Source of the DNA: Camelus dromedarius
Lineage: Eukaryota
Assembly: GCF_036321535.1 (NCBI RefSeq)
Contig: NC_087436.1
Span: 26,228,001 to 26,292,000 of the forward strand
Reading direction: 5' to 3'
DNA length: 64,000 nt
In this document: in pieces, positions 1 to 13,813 of the stretch
Layout of the letters: each line of letters begins with the position of its first letter
Numbering within the stretch: the first letter of the stretch is position 1
The notes under the pieces: model-generated
What the model saw: the letters and a program-made list of their open reading frames with translations, nothing else
The model's database searches: none
What the model was told of the DNA's origin: nothing
Position numbers and translations under genes: made by a program

Positions 1-2314
1 CCAGAAATTGGGATATGTACTTTAGATACATTTACTCATTTAATCCTTCCAGAAAACAAACTATGATTTAAGACAGTTAAGGACACTGAAACTAAGAAGT
101 CAAATAGGATAATTTGTAAGTAAGATAATTAGTAGGGAGATAATCCAAAAGTCATACTTAAATTATCTGAGATGTAAGCTCATTGAGTATCTGGAGATAA
201 GAATTGTTACAACTATTCTCAAATTCTTTGAAACACATGATACTTATATTGTTTTTAGTTGAGGGCAAAAAAAAGAAGTCCTAAGCAAAGGAAAAGCACA
301 TGTGGGAAGGCATGCACAAGAAGAGGCCACAGAAAGAATTGCCCTGAGGAATTTGACTATGTCTATAGCGAGAAAGTTCATGTCTTTAAAATCATTAATG
401 CAAACATTTTTCTCTTATCCAGTTTGGTTGAACTTTGTAGACTTAAAAACTCCTAAAAGTTAACTTTTCGAAAATCTAGTTTCCAGTTTTCATAATGAGG
501 CCCTTCAGAAGCCATTTAGTTATGGAATATGATATTTGGATTTAAAGAAACATTGAACAGTTTAAATTTCCTCAGATATCAGTGTTTTACTCTCGTATAC
601 TTACACAAAAGTCTAGGTAAATTTGACTTGAAGTCAGAATTTATCATATTTTTGCTTCTTTATAAGTTGAAGATAGCTAAAGTATTAGAAAATTATGGAT
701 ATACTATGTCATTTTTATTTTATTTATAGTACTGTAGGAAAACTCTTCAAGATACTGTTTTATTCGTATTTCAATGAAATTAAAATAAATGTGATAATAC
801 ATTTCAAAAGAAATTAAAATTCTTTCAATGTAATTTTTCTCAGTCTAACTTTTATGCCTTTTATTTACAAGATATTTAAGCAGTAGGAGTAGAATTACAT
901 TTTAGAGAGTAATAAGATTTTTTACATTTCCCCTTTAAAAAAAAATGCCATCCACTGGAAAAAAAATTGAATGAATGAAAGAAACGTTTCTGAGAACACA
1001 AGGACTGAAATCACACCAGCTACCATATTACTTTGCCAGCTTCTGAATAAGCAGTAAGAGATGAGAGTAAGCACTATGCTATTGGCTAATAGGACAATAG
1101 AGAAATCCGGTACATTTTCTTTTTACTTTTCAAAACTTGCAGAGAGCTGAAGTAATTAATTACCTCTCCATTTTCAGTTAGCTGTTGATTCCTCAACCTG
1201 CACGTATACTTATTTCAAGATCAATATTCTGAGTACAGATTTAATTGTATATCCTGACATTCCCCATTCTAGTTATATTTTAAAATAATGAAAAATGGTA
1301 ACATAGACTTTTGTATTAAATAAACTTTGACAAGCACAGTAATTTTCCTAGTAGAGACTAAGTGTTTTCATTCCATACCTCTTCTATCAAGATGGTTAAC
1401 AAAATAGAGTGCTTAGATTTTCTTCCAGCTTTTTAAAAAATTACACACAGACACCGACACACAGATCCTTTATGTTTTAACTAACAAGCCTGCCATATAG
1501 CTTATCAATAAAAATAAAACTGGATATGCAACTTGTTTTTCAGTATTTAAACCAGTATATGATGCAGAAACAAAAGTACTTGTTTACAATGAAAGCAAAG
1601 AACATTACTCTTAATTGTATTGTCAATCTTGAAAAAGGAAGAACTACTTAGTACCAAATAGTTCTAGTGGACCTAGAGATTTAGGTCCAGAACCTGTTTC
1701 CTTAAAGTAATGTAAAAATCATAGGTATCTGGATTTCTTATACCTAATTAGTGAGGCCATAAAATTTACCAGTAGAGGAGAGTCTTTTAACCAAACAAAT
1801 ACATTGAGGCTTATATCCTCTTGTAAATATTTTCATTTATTTGTTCCCAATATAGTGTTTTGATATTTTTAATAACTAATCTAATCTTAATTAGATTAGG
1901 GTCTAATGTTAATCCCCTGCAGATTTTATATACTCTAGGAAATGTGCCTTTAACTTAATGTTATTTTCATTAAAGATAGCATAAAGTCATGCTTGAGTAA
2001 TCTTTGCTGTCCTCTGGAGTAACTCCTCTAATTTCAAATATGTTTTAGGTAAGTATAATAGGTAAAACATCAATATATCTTTTGAAGGATGACTTATAGA
2101 CAGTAACAATAAGAAACATTACAAAAAATCTTAGAAAATGAATGCTGAAGTTTTAGGACCAATTTCATTAAACCACAACAAATTTGAGATAAAATCATGA
2201 CTAAAAACATAAATTTTGCATAACTTATTCACATTCAGTATAAGAGAAAAATTATTCTGAATGATTTTTGTCACTTTACAAAAATTATTTTGATATTTAT
2301 TTAGCTTAATTTTT

Positions 2315-4600
2315 TCTTAAAATTTTATGTAAATACATAAAGTTTGCATAAAGTATACAAAAATTAAATGTACAATTTGATGAATTTATATAAATATATT
2401 CCTCTATATCATCACCACTCACATTACCAGCCCCTTAGGCCTCCAAGTCAATCCGTCTGCAAAGGTAGCCACTATATTAACTTTAATCACAATAGATTCA
2501 TTTTTTTCTGTTTTTGAACTTTAAAGATGTAGTCATACAAGTATATACTTTTTTGTGTCTGTATTCCCCAGCTCAGCATAATGCTTATGAGATTCATACA
2601 TTCTAGAGCTTGAAACAGCTTGTCCTTTTTATTACCCCTACTGTACCATCATATGAATACACAATAATTTATTTTTCCATTGTAGTCTTCATGGGCATTT
2701 AGATTATTCCCAGTTTGATACTACTGTGAATAAAAGTTCTATGTACATCTTTATATGTATCTTTTGGTGAACATAAATATTTGTCTCTCTAGGGTGCGTA
2801 CCTTGGAGTTGAATTGTTATTTCAAAAATGACTGAATATCAGTAATTATATACATTCAACCTAATACTATCTGATTTGTATTTTTTAAATGATATCTTTG
2901 ACTTCCTCTTATTAGCTATATAGCAATGAGCTTATTCTGTTTTCATCTCTTTTTCTCAGGTATTTTAGTTCTGTTATTTCTATTTCATCAAAACACTTAC
3001 ATTGTATTCTTACATTACTTTTGTATTAGTCATAAACCTACAATTGCATATGTTAATTGCCCACCATCAGTTCTTTTGCTTAGTGATGTTTCATTAGTCA
3101 CGTCTATGTCAGATGATGCTCATCCTTTAGTAGATTCTTCAAAAAGAAATAATGTTTATATGAATTTTTTCCTGGGAGTCTAGGGGATTTTTTTCTCTTT
3201 TTTCCCCTAAAGTTGAATACTGTTCTTAGTCTAAAAAATTACTAGGATGTGTCTTGCAGTTAACTATTAAAGGTCAGTTTTCTCAGGTATAAATTGGGCC
3301 CTTTCAGTATGTAGGTATCTCCTTTAAATTCCAGAGATTTTTCTTGGATCATAGTTATAAATATTAATTCCTCTTTTTGTTTTTTCCTTCAGAATCTACA
3401 ACTGCATATGTACTTGATTTTTGTTTCTCTTTAATTTGAACTATTTTCTCCTTTGTCCTTTAAATTCTGTCTCCCACTTTCATTGTCTTGGTTTTCTTCC
3501 TGTATTTTTTAAGCCCCTCATTAATTTGGGGTTGAATTTGTTACCCCATATAGATCCTGTAATTTAGTCTTCATTTCTGATATAATTTTTTCTTTTTTCT
3601 TTATTTCTGATTTCTAACTCAATCAGTATTTTATGTCTTCGTTGATATTGTTCATTTATGCTCTTATTTTTAAAGTCCTGATTTATGGTGTGTTTTTCCC
3701 TGTTAATATTTCTGAATGCTTGCTTAAATATATTAAGTTGAGCTTGAAGTTTTCCATTAGAGTTTTTTCTGCTTTGCTTTTTTTTTTTTTCTAAGAAAAA
3801 TTGCATCTGCTGAATTATTTTGATTCTCACTTTCTATTGTCTTTTAAATAGGTATTTGCCCAGTTTTAGATTTCTTTTTTGTTATTTCATTTGGGGGCAG
3901 CTGTTACGGGTTAGAAGTATCTCAGAAGACTATCAGTTCAAGACTACTTTCTTAAGTGTAATAAAGTGTAATTTTGTTTTTTTAATATGTAACTTTTTCC
4001 TTTGGTGGTGTTGAGGGGAGCATTTGGTGTGTCTTTCATCCTTGTGATTTAATTTTATTTCTTCAGGATCCCTTAATTTCCTCACTTTCTTCTTTCTTTT
4101 TATTCGCTTCTGAGTATCCACACATTATTGCCCATTTCTGCTTACTTCTTACTTTCCCAGAAGTAATTGGTATTTATGACTTCTGCTTCAGTTATTATAT
4201 GTATTCAAATATTTTCCCTTTATCTCCTGCTGAGATCTGTCAGGTCTCAGGCTTGTTTTCAGGAGTTTTTAGTTGGTCCTATTGCTGATTTAAAAAAAAT
4301 TTTTTTTAATGTAGCAAAAGGAATTTTTCTTTCTGGGATGAATTTCTCTATGCTCTGCCACCCATGAGTTCTCTGCTCTCCTCTTTTTTGTGTGCAAACT
4401 CTTCATATTCCTTGCATTCTCAACTTGGGACTCTTGTATGAGCCATCTACTAGAGTATCACGTTTATTTATCTACTTACGCATAAATTGAGGTTTGTAGT
4501 AATCCCTATCCCTTATATGTTGAACTGTAAGTTATGTTTATTTTTATTTGCTCTCCTTATTGAAGTGTATGATATTATGAAGGATATGCAGAGAAACTCA
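2315..4600 (-). mobile_element. Old, highly decayed LINE-1 family fragments (L1ME/HAL1-like 3' end plus ORF1-like region)
   Basis: T-rich antisense L1 texture. L1 3'UTR-like text at 2320-2830 (aaattaaatgtacaatttgatgaattt..., ttagattattcccagttt...gtgaataaaag) and ORF1-like text at 3240-3800 (gggccctttcagtatgtagg...ttttcttggatcatag). Boundaries approximate. Confidence 0.6.
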
Positions 4601-5865
4601 GATTTCAGATTTAGCAAGTCAAAATTACTTTAGAATGACCTGGAAGGCAAAGACATAACATTCTTATTGGAGTAGAATTCTTATTCATTTTAAGAAGTTT
4701 AGAAATGTAAAACTCAATGAAAAGTTAAACTATAGAGATGAGTTTTGTGAGTATTTTGATGCTTATACTGTATTTTTATGGAAAAATGCATAATTATATA
4801 TATATATTCAGATTTATTATTCTTAACTTGGATCATGTCATATTTTTTGTGTTTTTCTCTTAATGACATATTTTTGCAATATTTCTGTGTTACAATGTTT
4901 TTCAGAGTGATTTTCAAAGTATCATATCAAATGTATCCTAGTAATATTAATTACCATAGATTGCTATACATCGATATATTTGTGCACACTATCTGAAAGT
5001 AATCTTAACATTATTATAAGATAAACACAGAATAACATAGTATGTAAAGATTTATTTTTCAAGTTCAAAAGATAATTATTGCTTTTATTAGTGGCCAAAG
5101 TAGTTATATTTGCTATTAAGAAGTGGTTACCTATTTTGTTGATCAGTACTAAGTTATAATTAATTGTGGAATGATTTATTTTGTAAAAGATACTTTTAAA
5201 TACCTTTTAAAAATCTAGGACAAAGTCATAAAACTTCAACCATCAGCATTGTTATAAAATTTTAAGAATGGATAAACTGCTGAGTTGTTGAGTTCATTAT
5301 ACCATATGTTCAGTCTATTTTTTCCAACAACTTGTTTTAATACCTTACTAAGTACATGTCATACCTCACCCTCAAAGAAGACACAGAAGATTTCTTAGTG
5401 TAAAAGCAATTTTGTTACAACTTTATTAATTTAAATCCAGAATATGGCAGTTAGCTCAGACCTGGTAAAATTAGTCTCCTTCTTAGCAAGCAGACAGCCA
5501 CTAGTGTTTACTTATTACTGTGTTCTTTCACTGATTGAAGAATCACCTTCTAGCTTTTATATCATGCCTGTTGTGACTCTTCTATTTTCTGCACTAAGCA
5601 ATAATAGCCAAGTCGATTTTTGCTTTCCACATTTTATCAAAGAGGATATATTGAGAAGACTTGTGACACTGGTACACTAGAACATGGCACATAAAGTTAA
5701 ATCATGTTCCTTTTCCCACTTGAATCTATGTGCAACAGATCTTGAGTAGGGTATATCTTGAATGACGAGGGGAGGATCTCGCTCAACTATCTTCAGCATA
5801 TTATGAATATTTACAAAGGAATATAAGACATTTGGATTCAAAACATTGAGTAACTTCATTAGGCA

Positions 5866-6095
5866 TCGTATTATTTTTCTGTGGCTGCTGAACAAAGTAC
5901 CACAAACCTGCTGATTTAAAACAGGAAATTTATTCTCTCATGATCTGGCAGATACAGTCTGAAATCAAGGTACCAGCAGAGCCCTGGTTCCCTTAAAGTT
6001 TCTACAGGTAAATCCTTTTCTCCCTCTTGTGAGTTCTGGTGGCTCCAGATATTCCTTGGTTTGGGGCTTTGTGAATACAGTTTCTGCTTCCATTC
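5866..6095 (-). mobile_element. MaLR LTR fragment (MLT1C-like)
   Basis: ggctgctgaacaaagtaccacaaac...ttaaaacaggaaatttattctctca...gtctgaaatcaaggt matches the MLT1 LTR pattern. Confidence 0.7.
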
Positions 6096-6099
6096 TATA

Positions 6100-6675
6100 C
6101 AGGGAATAAATCCCACTTGATAGTTGCGTATAATTCTGTTTGTACATTGTTGGGATTACATTTGCTAATATTTTTATTGAGGATTTTGTGTCTGTGCTTA
6201 TGAGAGATATTGGTCTGTAGTCTTCCTTTCTTGTAATGTCTTCATCTGTTTTTCATATTATGGTAATGCTAGCCTCATAGAATGAATTAGGACATGTTCC
6301 CTCTGCTTTTATTTTCTGAAACAGGGAGAGGACAATTAGTATTATTTCTTTCATAAATGTTTGGTAGAAGTCACCAGTGAACTCATGTAGGCCTGATGTT
6401 TTCTTTTTTGGGAGGGTATTGGTTATTGATTCAATTATTTTAGAGTATACTTTCCTATTCATATTTTCTATTTATCCTTGTGTGAGTTTTTGCATTTTGT
6501 GTATTTCAAGGAATTGGTTCTTTTCATCTAAATTATCTAGTTTGTGGACATAGGGTTGTTTATAATCTTCCTTTACTATCTTTTTAGTGTGTATTGAATC
6601 AGTAGTGATAGCCCATCTTTCATTTCATTAGTAATTTGTGCCTTCTCTCTTTTTCTTGGTTAGCCTGGCCAAAGT
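6100..6675 (-). mobile_element. LINE-1 ORF2 fragment
   Basis: Minus-strand ORF 6253..6462 (LPKKKTSGLHEFTGDFYQTF...PNSFYEASITII) is the L1 ORF2 segment preceding the RT domain. Confidence 0.9.
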
Positions 6676-7805
6676 TTGGATTTCCTCACATGCTATAGTT
6701 TGGGGGTTCCTGACATAGACATTTGAGGGAACAACGGTTTAGAAATATGTTTTGGTGGAAATACTTTGAAACCATACAATTTCAGTGAGGTTTAAACATT
6801 AGTGTTCATTAATTTTTTTGCCCCTTACTTACTCCCCCATCTTTCTTTTCCATTCTTTCATTTCCCAATTCCTTATAATTAGTTTTATTTATGTTTCCTC
6901 ACTGAAGACACAATTGCTCCACTTCCTAAGATGTGACTGACACTGCTTGTACTTAAGCTCCTATAGACCCTCCATAAGGGCTAGTAATTAGAAACTCTTC
7001 TAAAGTTTAGTCTCCTTGCCACCTATCAGACTTCTTTTCTTATGAAATAATAAAATGCAATCTACTGTTTTAATATCAAACTGTAACATCACTCAAATCA
7101 GCAATTTCAGTAGCTTAAATGCTTCTAATAGCCTAGCCAAAGGTTTCCTTTTATGAGTTCAACAAAAGAGAAACATGTACTCGTTGTGGAGTCTTCTTTA
7201 TATACCAACAGTGGGAGTATATAGGTGATTATAGTTTCTTTGCTTGTATATGTGATTTAACCAAATCTCTATTAGGCATTTTGTAAATACATAGGCTCTA
7301 TTAGGATTTCTCCCTCCCTACTCCCTCCCAGATTGTTTTCTCTGTTGAGAGAAAAGCTTACCTGCCTCTACTGCTAAGAGAAGGTGACTCTAGATCCATG
7401 GGGCTGCCCTTTTTCTGTCCTGAGGCTCTTTGGTGTTAAATGCTAGATTCCTTGCCAACTCTTGCTGGCCAACTCTTGCTGGCACTGCAGATTTCTGTGA
7501 CACAGTCACAGCCTCTATTGTATTTATGGCTTAGGTCATCCCACCTGACAACTTCCATTTAGGGTCACCTCACCTCTTACTGCGGTGAAAGACTTTCACA
7601 AGGGCAGGTCCATGGACTCTTTCTGTCTCCCACAGGGAGCACACAGGAAAAAGCTCTCTTCTCTAAACTGTAGGAGCTTTGGGCAATTGTGGACATAATC
7701 CCTGGTGGCACATTTCTCTGTTGGGCTTGCTCCAGGTTAACACAGAGACACTCGAAAAGGTTGTCTCCTCACAGAATCCTAAATGAGGATAGGGAAAACA
7801 TCTAT

Positions 7806-8220
7806 TGTTTTGTTTTGCTCAGGCTGCCATAGAAAAATACCACAAATTGGATAACTTAAACAATGGAAATGTTATTTTCTCACAGTTCTGGTATCTGGAG
7901 GGCCAAGATTCAAATGTCAGAGGGTTGGTTTCTCCTGAGGCCTCTCTACTTGGATTGTAGATGGCCCTCCTCTTGCTGCCTCTTGATGGTTGTAGATGGT
8001 TGTCCCTCTGTGTAAGTGCACCCTTACTGTTTCTTTGTGTGTCCAAATTTTCTCTTCTTATAAGGTTACCAGTGAGATTAGATTGGGGCCCACACTAAAG
8101 GCTTCATTTTAACTTAATTATCTATTTAAAGACCCCCATCTTCAAATATAATCACATTCTGAGGCTCTGCCTAGGACTTCAATGTGTGAATTTTCAGGGA
8201 ACACAATTCAGTCTGTAACA
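7806..8220 (-). mobile_element. MaLR solo LTR (MLT1B-like)
   Basis: ggctgccatagaaaaataccacaaattgg...ttctcacagttctgg...acacaattcagtctgtaaca, a complete MLT1-type LTR. Confidence 0.85.
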
Positions 8221-9309
8221 TCTGCCTGCCTATCTGTCTATCTATCTCTCTATCTCTCTGTCTCTGTCTCTCTCTATCTACCTATCTGTCTTTATCTACT
8301 TATTTCCCTTTTCCCTATCTCAGTAGAAAGTGTTTTGATCTAAAAAAAAACCTGTTTTTTCTTTTCACTTTCTTTCCTCCATTCTGTGTCTTCTCTTACT
8401 CTAAGAACTACTAGAGTTTTTAAAAATTTGTATTTCCCCCCTTTTGATTTCCTATGTCATACTTTACTCTTTCTTGTCACCTGGGAAAATGGAGGTAGGG
8501 AATTTAAAATATGCACTTAGTATTATTATAATTACATATCTCCTCTACTTGATGATAAAACACCAAGATATAGGTATATTAAATAATCCTTATGTTCGTA
8601 AAATATTTCTGATAAATGAATAGAAACTTCCTGAAATAATATATGAATAGTAGAAAACAAATATATTACCAGTTTACAAAACATGGTAACTGCAGATATT
8701 AGTTGTAAGTAAGCAAAAAATGGTATTTTTAAACTTCTTTATGCTTTTAACATTTTAAAATCCCCTACAATTATTTGCTTTGTAATATGAAAAAGCACTG
8801 TAGATTATATCAAATAATTCTGCAGATCTCAAGAGTAATTATGTTTTTTCCCCTTGAGTAAATAAATGTTCATCTTAGTCTCCTAGTTATGATTTTCTAG
8901 AGTAGTCTATATTTTCCCCCACATCTCAATGATGTCCTTAAACATAGTTTAAATTTTCACATACACTGTGAATTTCAGTAATTGAGTTTGCCTCAAACAC
9001 TGAATTGCATTCTCTGAGAATATGTACAAGGAGGATTAAAAATAACAAAAGGAACTTTAAATACATAAAGCTATCAGATCTGACTCTACCTCAGAATTTT
9101 TAATCTTTATTGTTAAGTATTCTGCAAATGCCTTAAACTGAGTTTGACTTAATAATAAAAATATTCTCATCCTGTTAAGAATAAAATTAATTCAGCTCAA
9201 CTGATAGCAGTTTGATTTAAATAAGTACAATTTTGCCTATAAACTTAGAGACAATAGTTTCAGCAAAGAGACATTTTTGAATCCAGATTTATATTAAAAC
9301 AAGCTAAAA

Positions 9310-12300
9310 AGACTTTATTTTTTAGAGTAGTACTAGGTTCACAAATTGAGGGGTAGGTACAGAGATTTCCCATATACCACCTGCCTCCACACACACACAG
9401 CTTCCCCCATTATCAATATCCCCCATCAGAGCGGTACATTTGTTAGACTTAGTGAGCCTACATTGATACATCATGGTTGCCCAAAGGCCATAATTTACAT
9501 TATGGTTCATTCTTGATATTGTAAATTCTATGGATTTGGACAAATGTATAATGACATGTATACATCATTATGATATGATACTTTCACTGCCCTAAAATTC
9601 TCTCTGTTTATTTATTCCTCCCTCCCACACACCCACCTGCAACCCTTGATCTTTTTATTGTATCTATTGTTTTGTCTTTTCTGGAATATTATAGAGTTGA
9701 TATCATAAGTACATAACCTTTTCAGATTGGCTTCTTTCCCTTAGTAATATGCATCTAAGGTTTCTCCATGTCTTTTCATGGCTTGATAGCTCATTTCTGT
9801 TTAGTGATGAATAATATTCCATTGTCTGTGTGTACCACAGTTTATATATTTATTCACTCAGTGAAGGACATCTTCATTACTTCAAAGTTTTGGCAATCGT
9901 GAATAAAGGTGCTATAAACATCCATGCGTGGGTTTTTGTGTGTGGACATAACAAGTATTCAAGTCCTTTGAGTAAATACCAAGAATCATGATTGCTAGAT
10001 CGTATACTACGAGTGTACTTACTTTTGTAAGAAACAAGTCATCTTTGCAAGTGGCTGTACCACTTTGCATTGCCATCAGCAGTGAATTAGAGTTCATGTT
10101 GCTCCAGCATTTGTTGTTGTCAGTGTTCTGGATTTCAGTTATTCTAATAGGTTTGTATTGGTATCTCCTTGTTTTAATTTTCATTTCCCTGATGAGATGA
10201 TGAGGAGCATCTTTTATATGCTTATTTGCCATCTGTGTACCATTTTTTTGATGAGTTACCTGTGCAGTTTTTAAAATCAGGTTGTTCGTTTCTTGCTGTT
10301 GAGGTTTAAAAATTATTTGTATGTTTCAGGTAACAGTTCTTTACAAGATGTGTTTTTGCAAATATTTTCTCCCAGTCTATGGTTTAGTCTTCTCATTCTC
10401 TTGATACTATCTTTCATAGAACAAAAGTTTGTAAATTTAATTAATCCAGTTTATAAATTATTTCTTTCACGGGATCAAGCCTTTTATGTTGTATCTAAAA
10501 AGTCATTGCCATACCCAAGGTAATCTAGGTTTTCTTCTGTTATCTTCTAGGAGTTTTAGAGTTTTGTGTTTTACACCTACATCTGTGATCCATTTTGAGT
10601 TAATTTTTATGAAGGATGTAAGCTCTGTGTCTCAACTCATTTTATGTATTTATTCTTGCATGTGGATGTCCAGTTGCTCCAGCACCATTTGTTGAAGAAA
10701 CTCTCATTGTTCCATAGTATTGTTTTGCTCATTTGCAAAAATCAGTTGACTATATTTATGTCTTCTTTTGGGCTCTCTATTCTGTCACAAATTCCATGCT
10801 TTCTTGATTACTGTAGATTTATAGTAAGTCTTGAAGTTAGGTAATGTCAGTCTTCCAACTTTGTTCTTCTTAAATGTTTATTGGTTATTTTAGTTCTTTT
10901 GACTTTCCATATAAACCACAGAATCAATTTGTCCATATCCACAAAATAACTTGCTAGTGTTTTGATTAGGATTGCATTAAATCTATAGAACAAGATGGGA
11001 ATACCTGACATCTTAACAATATTGACAATGTTGAGTCTTCTTATGCATGAGCATGAATTATCCATTTATTTAGTTCTTCTTTCATCAGTGTTTCCCTTTT
11101 TTTAGTGCTAATGTAAATGGTATTGTGTTTTTAATTTCAAATTCTGCTTGTTCATTGCTGATATAAAGGAAAGTAATAGACTTTTGTTTATTAACTTTGT
11201 ATCCTTCAAACTTGCTATAATCACTTACTAGTTTCAGGAGGCTTTTTGTCAGTTCTTGCAGTGTTTTTACACGAGATGATCATGTCATCTACAAACAAAG
11301 TTAATTATCTCTTTCATCCCAATCCGTATACCATTTACTTCCTTTTCATGTCTTATTGGACTAGGTAAAACTTCCACTAAAATACTGAAAATGAGTGATG
11401 AGAAGAGACATCCTTGCCTTATTCTGATCTTAGTGGCAAAACTTCACAGTTCTCATTATTAAGTTTGACGTTAGCTGTAGAATTTTTATAAATATGCTTT
11501 ATCAAATTGAGGATGTTTGACTCTATTCCTCGTTTACTGAGAGTTTTTATCATAAATGGTGATTAGATTTTATATAATACCTTTTCTACATCTATTACTA
11601 TGATCATGTGACTTTGCTTTTTTAGCTTATTGATGGATTACATAAACTGATTTTTGAATGCTCAACTTGCCTTGCTTAGCAGGAATAAATCCCGCTTGTT
11701 TGTAAGGCACAATTTTTTTATACATTGTTGCACTCAACTTGCTAATATTTTACTGAGGAATTTGCATCTATGTTCATGAGAGATTTGGGTCTATATATAT
11801 ATTTTTTCTTGTAATCTCTTCATCTGGTTTTAGTATTAGGGTGAAACTGGCCACATAGAATGAGTTAGGAAATATTTATTCTGCTTTCATCCTCTGAAAA
11901 GCATTGTAGATAATTGATACAATTTATTTCTTAAATGTTTGGTATAATTCATCCGTGAACCCATTTGGGCCTTATGCTTCCTGTTTTGGGAGGTTATTAA
12001 TTATTGATTCAATTTTTTAAATAAAAATAGGGCTTAGATTGTCTATTTCTTTTCTGTGAGTTTTGGCAAATTATATCTTTAAAGAAATTGATCCATTTAA
12101 TCTAGGTTGTCAAATTTGTGGACAGTGTTGCCCATAGTATTCCTTCATTGTATTTTTAATGTCCATTGAATCTGTAGTGATGCTACTTCTTTCATTTCTA
12201 TTATTAGTAATTTATGTCTTCTCTTTTTCTCTCAGTCTGGCTAGAAATGTAACTGTTTATTTGATCTTTTCAAGAAACAGCTTTGGTTTGTTGATTTAAT

Positions 12301-13813
12301 CTATTTCTTGTTTTAAATTCCATTGATTTCTGCTATAATTCTTATTATTTATTTTCTTATGCCTACTTTGGATTTAATTTGTTATTTTTTGTTTGTTTCT
12401 TAATATGGAAACTTACATTATTGATTTTAGATCGTCTTTTCTAATATGCATTTGATGCTATAAATTTCCCTCTAAGTACTGCTTTTGCTGTATCCTACAA
12501 TTTTTCATAAGCTATTTTTTAATTTTAATTTAGGAAAAAATATTTTAAAATTTCTCCCTAGATTTCTTCTTTGACCCATGTGTTATTTAGAAGTGTGTTT
12601 AATCTCCACGTATTTTGGGATTTTCCAGTTATCTATCTATTACTGACTGACTTCAAGTTAAATTTCATTGTGAATTAAGAGTAGATGCTTTATGATTTCT
12701 GTTCTTTTAAACTTTTTAATGTGTTTAGATAGAGGATGTATTTCAGGTTGGTGAATGTTCATATGAGCTTGAAAAGGATGTGTATGCTGCTGTTGTTAGA
12801 AGATTTAGTCTATAAATGTCATTTATATCCAGTTTATTGATGGTGTTGTTGAGTTCAGCTATGTCCTTACTGATATTCTGCTTGCTCTATCTGTCCATTT
12901 CTGAGAGAGAGAGATTTGAAATATCCAACTATGGTAGTAGATTCATCTATTTTCCTTGTAGTTTTATCAGTTTGTCTCTCATAGTCTGATGCTCTCTTGT
13001 TAGGCATATACACGTTAAGGATTGTAATTTGTGGAAAATTTACCTCTTTATCATTACATAATGCCCTTCTTTTTCCCTGATAACTTTCCTTGCTTTGAAA
13101 TCTGCTCCATTTGAAATTAATATAGCTACTCATGCTTTTTTGATTAGTATAACTATGATATATTTTTTCTTCAGCCATTTACTTCTAATCTGTGTGTGTC
13201 TTTATATTTAAAATAAGTTAATTGTAGCCATCGGATAATTGGGTCTTGTTTTGTAATTTGTTCCAATAATCTTAATCTTTTAATTGGTGCATTTGGACCA
13301 TTGATGTTCAAAGTGATCCTTGATATATTTGGACTCAAATCTACCATATTTGTTACTGTATTCTGTTTAATGCTCTCCTTCTTTGTTCCTGTTTTCGTCT
13401 TCCACTTTTTTTCTGCCTTTGTAGTTTCAAATGAGCGTTTTTTGAGTCCATTTTTCCCTTTTTCAGCATATAGATATACTTCTCTCTTTTTTTTTTTACT
13501 AGTTTTATGGTTGTCTTAGGGTAAACATAAATATTTTAATAGACATTTACATCTGATAAGTCCACTTTCAAATGACAGTATACCACTTTATGGGTAGCAT
13601 GAGTATCTTATAATAACAAAATAATTCTAATTCCTTCTTTTCATCCTATGTATCATTGCTGTTATTCTTTTTACTTGTATATAAGTACACATAAGCATAT
13701 ATGTATACACATATATGTACATGATATATGTATAAGCATGTATAATCAAATACATTGTTAGTATCACTTTCAAACAAATATTATCTTATTTTCCTTGTCT
13801 CTAAAGAACTTTT
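9310..13813 (-). mobile_element. Old LINE-1 (L1MC1-like), 3' portion: 3'UTR and decayed ORF2
   Basis: L1MC1-type 3' end (ttttagagtagtactaggttcaca...gtacagagatttcccatatacc). Minus-strand ORF fragments match L1 ORF2: MANKHIK...REMKIKT, ILFYRFNAILIK, EN-domain ITILNVYMPNKRAS. Confidence 0.9.
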
